Both the position numbers and the translations under genes were made by a program. A stretch of 64,000 bases of DNA from Nemertoderma westbladi. Lineage: Eukaryota > Animalia > Xenacoelomorpha. The stretch spans positions 62,001 to 126,000 of the forward strand of contig JAUCBJ010000699.1 of assembly GCA_032718475.1 (NCBI GenBank), written 5' to 3'. Every line of letters begins with the position of its first letter. Position 1 is the stretch's first letter. Shown one piece after another: positions 1 to 13,645 of the stretch. The notes under the pieces are model-generated. The model worked only from the letters and a program-made list of their open reading frames with translations. It made no database searches and was not told the origin of the DNA.

Positions 1-703
1 GATTACTTATCGATATTATCCAAATATAACAATATTCCATCAACTGATATAATTAATAACCGACAGTCAATAGCAGTAAAAATGCGGTGTGGTATATGAA
101 CACACTGACTTGCGTGAGTTGATATGATTAGGTGAGATAGGATAACAGTTATACGTTTCTATGATCAAGCCTACTAATTATTATTGTTATTATCGTACAG
201 TGAATAAGAAATAATTATGCACGTACAGTTAGACAGACATAAATAGCACAATAATATAATGTAAGATTTTATATAGTTATTATGTAATAAATAAGTAAAT
301 GTATATCTATTTTGGACCAAAAATAAACGACAATAATGATTTATATTACCTGCAATCAATCACAGCACAATTTAAATTAAAGAAAAAGAGGAAAAATCAC
401 AAAAGTAATCAGATTTACGAACCAAAATTTACAAATTCTAAAACAGCACTATAAAGTATAAATCACATTAAATTTTATGTTTAACATTAAACATATTAAA
501 TACATTTTTACATATCAAATTGAATTATTCGTTAAACAAAAAGTTTAATATCTGCTCAATTTCCTGTCGACTGAACCCAAAAATTCAATTTCATTTCTGC
601 ACAAGTCAATTAACTAGAGTACAGCAAGCACAAATATACTGAATATATAATATAATATATAATATAAATAGAAATATAGACTATGGTAACTAAGTAGAAA
701 TGA

Positions 704-2827
704 TCAGCTTGTACACATATACGATAACATATAATCTAATTCTTCTGCAGAAAACCCCGGCACTTCTAAAGTGCTCAGCCGGCAATCCAAAAGTTCCCTA
801 CAAATGCGCACTTTATAATTGTTAGCACCGTCACTGCATGGTACATACTTCAATATCTTAACTTGATTATGTTTTAATAATCTTAAATTGTGTTCATTAC
901 ATAAATTGCCAATTTTCCTAAAATTACACCCGCCACGAGATCTACAATCAAATAAAAATAATTCTGCCAAGAAACGAATAGATGGTTTTAAAGAGGTCAA
1001 TAAACTTTGAGCAAACGAAACAAACCTAGATTGAATCATTATACATGGGTGATTGAACTGCACAATATTTTCTACGATATATCTATGTGTTGTACGGGGT
1101 AAGCCAAAAATAATCCTAACATTGATATTCCAAGCACTATAAATACGTGTACATTGTGGAGAAAAAAGGTCCCAAAGACTACTACCATAAAAACATGTGG
1201 CATAAATTCGTTGTATGTTACACAATTGATACGGATCCGCGAAATAAAATTCTTGTCGTAATGCATTTATCTTTCCTATGAATTGACCGCGTTTACGTAA
1301 AGTATCGGGTTCCATTGAATTCTTATAATCCATTACATTCCCAAGATGCAGCGCCTGCTTCACCCACGGAAGATTAACCCCATTTAAACCGATGTGAATA
1401 TGAGGCTCAGACCATATGGAGTCGAAACGTATACATTTAGATTTCGATTTATCAGGATCGGCGTTCGTGCTAAATACGAGGTTGTGTTCCTTTGCAAAAT
1501 CTTCACAAAGAGATACCATGTATTGAAGACCAAGTATGGAGGGGCAGAGCAGAAGAATGTCATCGGCGTAAGCTAAGATCCCTAAGTAAACCTTTCCTAT
1601 ATGGCACCCTACTTTCGAAGATCGTAACTTTTTTATCAACTTGTCTAGTAGTACACAGAACAAAATTGGGCTGGCCACGGAACCTTGTCTAACCCCGTTT
1701 GATAGAGTGAACGAGTCAGAATGCGAATTATTCCACCGCACACAACAGGATTGGTTACTGTAAATCCATAATAAAACACGAAGAAATAAAGCCGAGAAAC
1801 CTTTCTTAATTAGTTCTAGGAATAATTTGCCCCATTCAACCATGTCGAACGCCTTTGACAAATCTAGTAGACAACCATAGACCGGAGTAGAATGCCGGGA
1901 GTAATATCCAACGACCTCAGAGGCCGCCCAAGTACATTGGGTAGTACTGGAGCCAGACTGGAACCCAAACTGCAATTCGTCCAATAGCAACCTTTGTGAC
2001 TGGGATAGAAGCATTACCCACTCGAACAGTTTAATCAATAACGAGGATAGAGCAATCGCCCTGTAATTATTAGATGTATTCTGATTACCCAGTTTGTCTT
2101 TAATTAATGGAATAATAACACATGTCAGGATGAACTGCGGAACAAAACCGTGAAATAAGAAAGAGTTGAACAATTTACTAATATGTAACCGTAATTCAGG
2201 AGGACCATTAATCAAACAATCCGAGTCGAACCCAAAAGTAACGTCCGATTTTGAACTTTTTAATCTATGTAAGGCCTCGTCAACCAACTCGGGTGAGATT
2301 TTGTGAAAATCGTCTGTAGAACCTCTTAACTTATATTCAATTGTCTGTTTTAATTGTTCAATATTAGAGTCATACGGTTGATTGAATAAATCGGAGTAAA
2401 TACTGGCAAACTTATTGGCTATAGACTGTGGATCGGAACAATCATCAACTGTAGCACTAACAGTACAGGGAACTGAACGAAGTTTCTTAATCTCTCTAAA
2501 TATATCTGAGTTAGTTTGCAAACAAGCCTGTATAAGTTTATCGCGGCGAACTTTATCTGCAGACTTCTTCAATCTACGTACAGCGTACTTGTACTGTGCT
2601 CTAGTAACCCGGCGCATATGAAAGAGATGTTCATTCTCGGAAGCGTTGGGGCTGCCTGCTGATACCCATAAACTGTGCCAAAATATGGCTTCTTCCTTAA
2701 AAGGTTTTACATGATTTGACCAACCTGGCAAAATTGGCCTGTCAGCTGGTACATTGGACTCCCCTGTTTGTTTACCATTGCCAAGGCAACAACTGGAGCA
2801 CCCATCAATCGCTTCAAGAATTTCCAA
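704..2827 (-). mobile_element. 5'-truncated non-LTR retrotransposon (LINE; probably CR1/L2 group) with an intact 707-aa reverse transcriptase ORF segment
   Basis: RT motifs NYRAIAL, QFGF, LDLSKAFD, GVRQGSVASP, LAYADD. No endonuclease domain. The track start is TTG, so this is a truncation rather than a real start. Confidence 0.88.
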
Positions 2828-2859
2828 TGTGTATTTTTCGATATCCAGTCTATGGCTAG

Positions 2860-3150
2860 GATCGCTAATGTTTGGCTAAAGCCTGAAACACAGAAATTCC
2901 AAAGCCGGTCTTCTGGCATCAGGAAAAATACACACACTGACTGAATTGCATGAGTTTCTGTATACAATCTCCAACACAGAGTGAAAACCGCTCTGATTGG
3001 TCGACCGAACAAAGAATGAAGAAAAAGTTACACGTGGACACAGCTGATAGATGTCGTCATCTGAGTTCCGATGTTTAGAGTATTTGGCTTATTGCGACAT
3101 AAAATCGCTAGTTATGTCCGCTAAAGTACACATACAGAAGAAATGGCTTT
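2860..3150. repeat. Dispersed repeat, related copy at ~10600-10960
   Basis: Shared blocks such as CTCTGATTGG, CAGCTGA(T/C)AGAT(G/T)TCGTCATCTGAG and GTTATGTCCGC occur at both places. Confidence 0.7.
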
Positions 3151-3262
3151 TTATGTCCACTAAAACACCGGTACAGTAAGGAAACGGCTTTTTATGTCCG
3201 TTAAAACAACTACAGAGTACTTTGCGGGGAAAATAGCCAGCTAATTCCGCAAAAGCCTTTAC

Positions 3263-4182
3263 AGGGGTCAAATTAAGTAATAATATATCTAAATAAGTCT
3301 CAAACATCTTGCCTCATGGCTCGCCCCTTAGAACTCTTAAAAGCAATATAACTTCATAGTTTTTTAAGGAAAACTGGTAAATGAGATGTGTTAATTACGC
3401 ATACCTCGCAGTCTTAAGTAATTAATTATACAGTAGGTTAGATCGTTTTGAGAATAGGACCATTGGAAAGAGCGCCCTCGATAACCTCAGTACAAAGAAA
3501 AGTAACACGGATTAACCGGATATAGCTTGTTATTATAAAACATAAATTATAATACAGTAGAACCATTAGGGTTGTAAATAAAAACAAATTAAATTGAAGA
3601 TAAACTGTATATATATAAACTTATGTATTAAAAGAGGGCCCTATTTAATTATACAGAGTATACTGAAAATGGTTAGCGATACCATAATTAGATTATCGAT
3701 AGGGATGCGGCTTCCTTAAATGAGGCAATCTTGACGCAGCACAAAGAATTTTAAGAGGGGCCCCGATAAATTGCTCATTCATGCGTAACTGGTAACCTAT
3801 GCGATAGCTTGTCTTAAGTTTAGGCCCTTTGCTAACATTAACTCCAAAATAGTTACCAGTAGGGGAGCTGTATAGTATACCCTAGGGCTAAATAAGGCTG
3901 CAAGTCTATGGTTAGATGCTTCTAACGTTGCAAAATGCAGTATTATTGCCTAGTAACCAATTCATGGCTACCATATGGTTTTCACTTTGAGACATTTCGT
4001 CCTCTAGCGGCAGACTGGGGAACTTCAGACTACTCTGTGGCTCTGCAAAAGATATGGCCTATGCCGTAGTAGATGCCGTTTGGGGGGTCAAAATTAAGTA
4101 ATAATATATCTAAATAAGTCTCAAACATCTTGCCTCATGGCTCGCCCCTTAGAACTCTTAAGCAATATAACTTCATAGTTTT
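3263..4182. repeat. ~100-bp direct repeat pair (3263-3362 and 4084-4182) in a composite repeat
   Basis: GGGGTCAAATTAAGTAATAATATATCTAAATAAGTCTCAAACATCTTGCC...CTTCATAGTTT occurs twice, nearly identical. Confidence 0.85.
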
Positions 4183-4661
4183 GCGGATTGAAAATTACAA
4201 AGTTAGAGAAGATGTTAATTTTCAGATAATACGCCCTCTAGCGGTAGACTATGGAACTGCAGACGGTTGGATATAGGTAAGAGTAATTAGTAATCAGAGC
4301 TGTCACGAGAGGGGGGCGGGGCGCTTGGATACAACTATTATTAATAAGCTGTTGCTTGGTTAAAGCTAATTGGGGGGTCAAAGGTCAACGAAAAAGTGTC
4401 TGGATATAGATAAGAGTAATTAGTTGCCAGTGGGGGAGCGGAGCTGTATACCCTATGGCTAAGTATGGCTAAGAAATCAATGTATAAAGTAAAAGTAATA
4501 CAATTAATTAATTTAAAATAAAGTACAAATGAATAAATAAAGTAAAATAAAATGCAAATAATTAATTAAAATTAAATAAAATAAATAAAATATAAATAAA
4601 AATAAATATAAATAAATAGGTATTAATGAATAAAAGAGCCGCGGTGTCACTTATGACACCC

Positions 4662-4968
4662 TCTTGAGCCGGCTTTGTGACAGTTGGACATCACTGATGA
4701 CCCATTGTGTGTCAGGGCGCTAATCAGTCTGATTAATTAGGATAATCAATTAAACCATAATTAGGAGTCGTAAGACACCTATTAGGGTTTAATTGTACTA
4801 ATTAATTGATGACACCTGTAAATTAGGGTCTAATTAGCCTAATTGGGAGGTGTCACCCAGACAGTCTGGCGCCAATGACACCCAATGACACCCATAGGGT
4901 GATAATTAGGTGTCATATGACACACAATGGGTGTCAGTTCGGTCCAAGTGTCACAGAGCCGCCCAAGA
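4662..4968. mobile_element. MITE-like element with imperfect ~50-bp terminal inverted repeats
   Basis: Left TCTTGAGCCGGCTTTGTGACAG...CCCATTGTGTGTCA is the approximate reverse complement of right TGACACACAATGGG...GTCACAGAGCCGCCCAAGA. Confidence 0.6.
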
Positions 4969-4978
4969 CCCTACTACT

Positions 4979-5240
4979 GTGGTACACCTGCTATGTGCTG
5001 CAGGTGTCCAACCTTGTACTAACTATGGTACACCTATGTGCTGCAGGTGTCCAACCTTGTACTAACTATGGTAAACCTATGTGCTGCAGGTGTCCAACCT
5101 TGTACTAACTATGGTACACCTATGTGCTGCAGGTGTCCAACCTTGTACTAACTGTGGTACACCTATGTGCTGCAGGTGTCCAACCTTGTACTAACTATGT
5201 TACACCTATGTGCTGCAGGTGTCCTACCTTGTACTAACTG
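4979..5240. repeat. 43-bp minisatellite, ~6 copies
   Basis: Unit GGTACACCTATGTGCTGCAGGTGTCCAACCTTGTACTAACTAT. Confidence 0.95.
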
Positions 5241-5950
5241 TAGAATTTTGAACATATTGCAACTTTTTGATAAGCTTCTGGGGCAAACCATAATATAAGC
5301 TTTGCTGCTAATAAAAGCGTGATTGAGAGTCTCATGTTTTCGTCTCGGAAAGAAACGTCTCATTTTGGCTAAGTTTCTAAGATGATAGAAGGATTCACGA
5401 ACAACCAAGCAGATGTGTTTCTCAAGAGTAAGGTCTGCATCCATAATAACACCGCTGTTCCTTGCAGAATCGCTGCAATCTACATATTCGCCGCCAATAT
5501 ATCGGCTGGTTGACACAGCTGAGTACTAAAACGCGATTGCATAACAGTATTTCAGTTAGGGTTCAATTTGAGTAGATGACTTTCTATCCAACGTTTAACA
5601 TATCTTAAACATTCTTCAGTTAGTTTAACGTTGGAGTCAATATCGCTCGGCTTAAACGCAATATAAATTTGGGTATCATCTGCATATATATGATAGGAAA
5701 GTCCATACTTATGTATAACGGAGGATAGTGAACGGGTATAAATACTGAAAAGAAGCGGACCCAATACTGATCCCTGTGGTACACCGAATCTCAACAACTT
5801 TTTTGCTGAAAATGAATCTCCAATTGGCTAAATAGGACTGGAACCATTTCAAAGCAGCTCCACGGACACCAATATCGTTTTCAAGGACCTTTAGCAGAAT
5901 AGAGTGCTCGACCGTGTCAAAAGTGGCGCTTAAATCCAACATCCCAATGC
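5240..5950 (-). pseudogene. Degenerate L2/CR1-type LINE reverse transcriptase fragment
   Basis: Frameshifted pieces LDLSATFDTVEH, GVPQGSVLGPLLF, YADDTQIY and the L2-like C-terminal FYHLRNLAK. Confidence 0.85.
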
Positions 5951-6064
5951 AGCGTGCATTGGGAATGCTATGCCGGCTTATAAACAAAGTTGCATCCTCA
6001 CAACTCCCTACCATCCTTTCGCATAAGCATGCCATCCTTTGAGCTTTATGCTCATCCGATCAGC

Positions 6065-6520
6065 GATTTGCTGAGAACTTTCTAAGTCAGCTGTCAGAAT
6101 TTTGGTCTTTTTGGTGTTAACAAAAATACCAACACTAGAAGCAGCCTGTTCTAATAAGCTGAAGAGCCGTTCCCTCTAGTGATTCTGAGAGTACTCCTAA
6201 GTTATCAGCAAAGTTATCAGTTTGGTACAGCACTTGGCAGGATTTCCTTGACTTCTGGAGCCAGGTGGACTATCGCCAATGGGAATATCTGGGAGTATAG
6301 ATTCAGAGACACTTTTACTTCTATAAAGTTATCAGGCAATACCCTGTCATTATTGAGAAGCTTTTCAAAGTGGGCCTTCCAACCATTGAGGCGATCGGCT
6401 GGTGATTCAGCCTTAACCTTGGTGGTTGGTTGGCTTTTCCGCCCAGTAAGCAAGTTGATCGATTTCCATGCCTGGGATGATTGCCTGCTGTCGTCTGCAT
6501 CATTGATGGCATCAACAATG
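6065..6520 (-). pseudogene. Internally deleted fragment of the RTE-like LINE family of 7072-8567, opposite orientation
   Basis: 6065-6260 is reverse-complement homologous to ~7690-7870. The upstream part encodes WKAHFEKLLN, typical of the EN-RT linker. Confidence 0.65.
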
Positions 6521-6639
6521 CCCCCTTGTTGTGGTAGGCCCTAGGCCGCGGCCTATATGCCTAAATCCGCCATAGAGCCTAAAAATTAAAAAAAAAAATA
6601 GATTTAAATAGATACATTAAATACATAAACAATTTTCAT

Positions 6640-6935
6640 TACTAATTAATTATAATATTAAAATAATTATTATAATTAATTATAATATTAAAATAATTAT
6701 TATAATTAATTAATAAAATAAATAATTATTATAATTAATTAATAAAATAAATAATTATTATAATTAATTAATAAAATAAATAATTATTATAATTAATTAA
6801 TAAAATAAATAAATATTATAATTAATTAATAAAATAAATAAATATTATAATTAATTAATAAAATAAATAATTATTATAATTAATTAATAAAATAAATAAT
6901 TATTATAATTAATTAATAAAATAAATAATTAACAA
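6640..6935. repeat. AT-only ~29-bp minisatellite
   Basis: Tandem AATAATTATTATAATTAATTAATAAAATA units. Confidence 0.9.
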
Positions 6936-7071
6936 TTAAACCTATTTTAAATAAATATTTTAATAATTAATAATTAAATAAATGGTTAATAAAATATTAA
7001 ATAAATTATAATATACTAATAAAGTATTATAGTATTAAAATAATAGTAAACCAATTGACAGTATGATATCT

Positions 7072-8567
7072 AATTTAAAGCTCATCTATCCCATCATAGT
7101 AGACATGTACCGTACAACAAGAGTCCCACAAGAAATGAAAACAAATAAGTTGGTGCCAGTTCCCAAGAAGGGCAACCTAACACTCTATGGTTCTTTTCGG
7201 GGAATCTCATTGATCTCGATTGCTCCAAAGCTATACAAGCTATTCCTTTAAATCGCATCAGGGATCCCATTGAGAGACTGCTCCGTGGAAATCAGAATGG
7301 GTTCCGTAAAGGTCGTGGGACCATGGAGCCCATTTTGGCACTTAGAAGGATAATTGAAGAGTTATCAAAAAAGAAAGACAGGCATCTGGCTGTTATCTTT
7401 GTTGACTTCTTCAAGGCCTTTGATTCAGTCTCTCGCTCACGTATGTTCATCATACTTTCATTATATGGGATTCCTGATGAAATTATTGCAGCAATCAGAT
7501 CAGTATACGATGGTTCGACAACATTTGTGTCTACTGTTGACGGTGACACAGAACAATTTGAAGTGTTATGGGGCGTCCTCCAAGGAGACACACTTGCACC
7601 ATTCTTGTTCATAATTGTTGTTGACTATGTTCTACGCATGTCCTTAGATCATTATAATGATGATGGGGTGATGATAACTCCACCTACTGGCTCCAGAAGT
7701 CGAGGAAATCCTGCCAAGTACCTAACTGATCTAGACTTTGCTGATGACTTAGGAGTACGCTCTCAGAATCACTAGAGGGAGCCCAATGGCTCCTCTGCTC
7801 ATTAGAACATGCTGCTTCTAGTGTTGGTCTTTTTATTAAATCCAGAAAGACCAAAATTTTGACAGTTAACTTTGAAAATCCACAGCAAGTCTCTGATCGG
7901 ATGAGCATAAGCTCAAAAGATGGTAGGCTTGAGCATGTGGATGACTTCTGTTACCTGGGATCATGGATACGGAAGTCAGGTGAGGACCTTCGAATACGTA
8001 AGGGAAAGGCATGGGCAGCCTTGAATAGGCTTTCCAGGATTTGGAAGTCACCGAGAATTAATCGGAAACTTAAGGTGCGGTTATTTAGAGCAGCAGTAGT
8101 TCCAGTACTCCTCTATGGGAGTGCATGCTGGGCTCTAACTGCTGAGGACACCAAATCTCTGGACGGCACATTCACAAGAATGCTACGCCGGGTTCATTGT
8201 GTCAAGTTCAATGCACACATCTCCAACCAGACACTATATAACATTGGAGGTGTCTCATTGGTTCCCCCAAGCTTGACACTAGAACAAAATCGCCTCCGCT
8301 TTGCAGGACATTGCTTTCGCCGTGAGGACCAGCCAGTGCATAATCTTGTACTTTGGCAGCCTCTTGGAGTGAATAAGCATGGTGAACAGCCCATGACTTT
8401 CTTGAGACGCATCTTAAAGGACACTGGCCTTGAAGATGCGAATGATCTAGCAAATCTCATGGGTGATAGGGAGTTGTGGCGGTGCAATTTTGTCGATAAG
8501 CCGGCACAGCATTCTTAAAAATGCAGCTGCAATGCAGCATGCCGATCCTAGTAGTAGTAGTAGTAGT
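7072..8567 (+). mobile_element. 5'-truncated RTE-like LINE with (TAG)n tail and 12-bp target-site duplication
   Basis: Frameshifted RT (QNGFR, FVDFFKAFDSV, GVLQGDTLAPFLF, LDFADD, FCYLGS, RLRFAGH). (TAG)n tail at ~8549-8567. TSD AGTATGATATCT at 7060-7071 and 8568-8579. Confidence 0.9.
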
Positions 8568-11087
8568 AGTATGATATCTGATAAGTCCAGTAGTATACCG
8601 CGTACCGAATCCTAGTAACGAAATACCTTACTTGTACTTACAGTCAAAAAGGTGCCTGAGAATAGAACAATCAACAATACTTATACAAACTATCTTAAGG
8701 CGCGCGCGTGTGTGTGTGTTACGATAAAACAAATTTGGTGTACCGCCGTTGTACTAGGTTTTGGTGATTTTAACAAAATAACAATACCGGGCGCTAGCTA
8801 CTTGAATAAGCTAGTCGAGCGCTGTAGGCGCAATACTTACAAACTGACGTCAAAAGGGCTCTCTCATCCTATATTCACAACCCGGTCGGGCAATTACGAT
8901 GTTAGTAACTATGCACGTGATTGGCACTGATACCAGATTCTGATTGTGAGATAAGGAAATAGGTGTTAATTTACCACCGTACGAATAGCTGATCTGGTAT
9001 GTAATCTGATTCTAGAATTTTGTTACTGCGGCGGTCTGCAATAAATACCTATCAGTACGTGGCATGGGCGCGGTAGAGTGTTAGTAAACCTCCCTTTAGC
9101 CAAAATGCGTGCTGGTAGCAGAAAGCTGCCCCCTTGCCTGAGCAAATACTTTGGACTCAGACAGATCAGTCAAACTGCAAGGCCTACAGTGCTAACCGGT
9201 ACTGTACCACTAGTACGGCAAATCACCAAATTATAGAGCGCGCTGTTTGCACCTAGCGTACTTGCGCGTACTAACAAACAGCTTCGGCTCGCACCTGTAG
9301 GAGGTACAGGCTGACCGAGGGGTTTCTGTCTGAATCTGAGGTATTTGTTCCTACATTTTACGGCGTCCCAGGACGGCGTCACACTTTCCCCTGATCTAAG
9401 GTCTTATGGTGGGCAAAGTCGTCGAACAAAGTCTTACCTCCTCTAACATGGGCGTTCTCAGGCATCGGGTCATGCTTTCCAAATGCGAGTTCCCTTATGC
9501 GTCGTGGCCATCCCTTCCCCTTGCATTGCTGTGGCCTAAAGGTTTAGGCAGCCATTCTCCGAAGCGTTTGGCTGTTCGAGATAGATACGCTAAAACTACA
9601 TGTTCAGAGTTTGCAGTATATTTTAACGTAAATAACAAATGATTTATCGAAACTAAACTAAATAACTTTTACAAATCAGATATAGTGACAAGTTAGTATA
9701 AGACTAACAGTGCAAGTAATAAGTGCAAGTACAAGACAAGCTATAACTGATTGTTCGCGCTTTTAGACCTTTAGCAGTTTAACCTGCCAATTTTAGTTGT
9801 CCTCTTATTTATAAATCGACTTTAGCCTATATCGATTATTTAATGTACTGAAGTTACATCAGCCGAAGCCAGCGCCTGTGCGCGATCATTCACCCAGAGT
9901 TAAGGGAGACTGGATTTGGGTGCTTTGAAAGTTATTGCAATGTAGACCTACTGTATTATTCGATTGATCGTCACTATATAATCTCTGACAATATATTTAA
10001 TTTCGGGGAAATATTAACAGTTCCTTTAGGACGTGGTGCTTTAAGTATAAAAACAGAGTTATGACTTATACTAATCACAACGAGATGGCCACAGAGTTTC
10101 GTAAATAGCGCATTCTTTAGGAGATGCTTTATTATCTGTCACACTACTTCACACGACTTCACACTACTTCACACTACTTCGCACTGATCTGCCGACCGTC
10201 ACTGAATTTGATCATATATAAGGAGGATCGCAACTGACACATGTAGGGATTATGAAATAGCATTTAATTCACACAAAAACCACTATAATGTAAGTCGCTA
10301 TTGCTACCGGTAACCTGTTCCTCTTACCTTCAGTAATCAAGAAGATTGGGGGTTTTATGATTATTTATCGGTATTCTCCAAATATATCAGCAATATACAT
10401 ATATATAACATCAATTAATAACAGACCATAAACAGAAGTAAAATAACGCGGTGAACAGTCAGTATGTGTTACGTAATGCATTGAGTTCGAGTAATGCACC
10501 GAGTAATGTTACGAGGCAGCCAGGCAGTTCTTCAGTCAGCAATGTTCCATGAGTTTCAGGAAATAGTGCTCCAGTATAATAGATTTACGTTCTTATAATC
10601 AAAGCCATCTAATGTTTAGGCCAAAGTCTGAAACTTCCAAAACAGAAATATAGAAGATTCCAAGCCGGTTCTGAGGATCAGAAAGGTAAACAAAGACCGT
10701 AATGCATTGTGTGGTTTTCCATAGGCCTCTGTCCAACATAAAGTGAAAATCGCTCTGATTGGCTGAATAGGCAGAACAAAGAGGTTCCACGTCTACAGGA
10801 AATCAGCTGACAGATTTCGTCATCTGAGCTCCAATGTTTTAGAGTATTATGCGCATTGCGGCAAAAATGACTTGTTATGTCCGCAAAAGCACCTACACTG
10901 CGCATTGCGGGAAAAATGACTTGTTATGTTCGCAAAAGCTTTTACACTGCTCCCAGAAAATGGGATTTAAGTCTATAAAATATAAAAATCACAGTTTCTA
11001 AAATATAAAAATACTCTAAACGATTAGTCCTTCTTATGTGATCGGCGTTTACGAAGTTTTTTGAGGCTAGCAAGAGTCCTTTTCTCT

Positions 11088-11985
11088 TTGGGGCGAGCCA
11101 CTTTACTAGGAGGGCTATAACTCCTGGGTGAGGGGTGCAATACGATTGCATCGGAAGGTTTAGGGTTACGGTCGGTGTATCCGCCGGTCGAGGTTCCCGG
11201 TTGATCGACGATATCAACCTCAGTGGAACGAGGTCGTGATATATGTAGTAGAACACCCTATCACACGTTGAGATAGGGTATTCTACCATATAATAGTAGG
11301 GTATATTGTACAACAAAAGGCTACAGGGTATTTTTCACGAAATTCAGACATTTAACGGGTAGGGATACGGTAAAACGGACAACACCACGAGAAAGAGCAC
11401 CCCCGATTTGCCCAGAATCGATCAAAACCTCAAAATTTGAGATAAGGGTGTTCTAACTTTAGGACGGCAGAATAACTGAGCAGTAATAAAAATTTTTCCT
11501 ATTTCGGTATAGTTATATCAGCGTAGAAACGCTTCAGCGCGCTCAAATGTTAACGAAATTTTGAAATTTTTTTTCTACGGATACCTTTTTTAATTAATCA
11601 AAAACACGTATTTTTTATTTTTCTTAATTCGTTATAGTTCACTAATTACGGGTATTTGAACAGACGCAGCAACGACATTTCGCGGCGTTTCGCGATTCCC
11701 GACGTCGTAACTTTTGACCAGTTTCGAAATTCGAAAATCCGACAGACACGGGGTGTTCGATTTCGAAGAGCTTTCGAACGGTGTACTCGGCGTTCCGTTA
11801 GATCCTCGGGAAGTCTCTTCCAGTGTCAGTCTAGCTGAAGATTTTAATTTCGATTATGACTTCCGACATTTATGTCTTCCGGCACACACACACACACACA
11901 CCCCGACTTTTGAAAAACGGCCATAGTAATTATATCATCAGTTCGCTGATGGCTCGCCAACACTTCGTGACTCGTCCCACAGATA
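11088..11985. mobile_element. Putative non-autonomous Helentron/HINE-like element
   Basis: Subterminal inverted motifs TTGGGGCGAGCCAC (11088) and GTGACTCGTCCCACA (~11967-11981), plus an internal (CA)n microsatellite. The same end motif occurs at 16570-16772. Confidence 0.4.
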
Positions 11986-12394
11986 GTATGATAGTAGGCG
12001 CATTAAAAGGCGAAACTGGAATCAAATTTCCCGCGTGAGCCAATCACCTATTAAATATGTACTCCATGAACCCGCAACCCGCTTGTCTTTTCTTCTACCT
12101 TCAACCCCCCCCCCCCCCCCCCCTCCCTGCTCCCTCCACATACACCCTTAGTTACAGCAATTATAAACAATGGTTAATAATCATTATTGGGTATTCTTTG
12201 AGGTAGAGGATTATAAATGCTGCTACTGCAGCTGTGAATTTTTAAATTGAATATTGATTTTAATGGAGTACTGGTATACATTATTGAATAAACCTCAGAT
12301 AATCCACCACGCCTATAAAAATTACACAACTTACTTTACGTTAACATCCTTTCGTATAAACTAAAATTCGTAAACTAATTTATAAACTAAAAAT

Positions 12395-13621
12395 ATGCAC
12401 AACCTAAGCATCTGTAAAAATAATAAAACTTTATTTACTGTGTTTACTTTCGTGAGTGTGATACTTCTACTGTACCTGGTACAGAGGGGTGGTATAGTTC
12501 GAAATGGACTCCCTGTTTACAGAGAATTAGCGGTGATAAACGTGACGCAGAGATTGATAGAACAAATGGACGACAGAATATCTAACTCTGTTCAACCAAA
12601 TGGAACGAATGCGACTATTTCGCACGGAAAATGCCAGAAGAGAATGAATATTTTTTACCTTAAAACCCACAAAACCGGGTCCCGTACCACAGTTACCATG
12701 TTTATTAATCACGCTATCGCTAACAATCTCACACCCGCGTTGTCTGACAAAGAATCCTTCGTAAAACGGGGAGATAGGCAATGGAGTTACTGGTGGGGCC
12801 AACATTTAAACAAGTTCACACGACATCCTAATGTTTCATTTGTCCACGGGCGGTTTAACATTGATGTTAAAAGGCTGATGCCACGAGATACCATCTATAT
12901 TGTCGGCATCAGAGATCCTTCGAGACTTATCAAATCGTACATCACTTATTATCGTCCTTACTCTTACTTCCGAGACGAAAATCATGTTGTACTCAAAAAT
13001 TCGAATGATATTTATGAATCCTTCATAAATAACCCAAATGGTACGACGTTTAATAGACGTTCTTTTATAAATCCTTTGCTATACGAATTTGGCTACGATA
13101 TAGATTCACCCAATGAGAGTGATTATGATGGTATTATAAAAGAGATTGATGAGGAATTTGATTTGGTGATTTTATTGGAATATTTTGACGAATCGATGAT
13201 TTTGTTGAAAAATTTAATGTGTTGGGAATTTGAAGACGTCGTTTATAGGAGTAAAGGTGTGCAAAACGAAAAACTCTATATTTTTGATGCAGATAAACTC
13301 AGAAATATAAATATTGGGGATTGGAAACTTTACAAACACTTCAATAAAACACTTTGGGATAAAATAGAAATGTTTGGTTTTGAGAGAATGGAGAGAGATT
13401 TAAAAGTATTTAGAGAAATGAAACGGCGAATAAATTCCGACTGTTTAGATAAAAACTCAATTAAAATTAAAACGAATAAAGTAAAGTGTTTTATACTTTC
13501 GTGTGGTGACGAGAATATAACTGTCGGAATGTTAATTGATCTTACAAATAAGCGCAAAGATTCTAGTAAGGCTGTAGTTTTGTACCGCGAGGCAGCTATA
13601 AAAGATACCTTTATATGTTAA
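12395..13621 (+). CDS. Galactose-3-O-sulfotransferase (GAL3ST family)-like Golgi type II membrane sulfotransferase, 408 aa, uninterrupted CDS
   Basis: N-terminal TM segment, 5'-PSB FYLKTHKTGSRT, 3'-PB IRDPSRLIKSYITYY, family motifs EFDLVILLEYFDESMILLKNLMCW and DWKLYKHFNKTLW. Confidence 0.9.
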   Translation: MHNLSICKNNKTLFTVFTFVSVILLLYLVQRGGIVRNGLPVYRELAVINVTQRLIEQMDDRISNSVQPNGTNATISHGKCQKRMNIFYLKTHKTGSRTTVTMFINHAIANNLTPALSDKESFVKRGDRQWSYWWGQHLNKFTRHPNVSFVHGRFNIDVKRLMPRDTIYIVGIRDPSRLIKSYITYYRPYSYFRDENHVVLKNSNDIYESFINNPNGTTFNRRSFINPLLYEFGYDIDSPNESDYDGIIKEIDEEFDLVILLEYFDESMILLKNLMCWEFEDVVYRSKGVQNEKLYIFDADKLRNINIGDWKLYKHFNKTLWDKIEMFGFERMERDLKVFREMKRRINSDCLDKNSIKIKTNKVKCFILSCGDENITVGMLIDLTNKRKDSSKAVVLYREAAIKDTFIC

Positions 13622-13645
13622 AACTGAAACAATTTATTATCGTTA

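Noticed and set aside
4979-5240. Homology between the two 43-bp arrays (4979 and 16914)
   Set aside because: Only TACACC and TCCA align; similarity is too low to distinguish from coincidence.
8620-9950. Possible LTR/leader remnant in GC-richer unique sequence
   Set aside because: No paired repeat, TSD, convincing PBS or coding motif could be identified.
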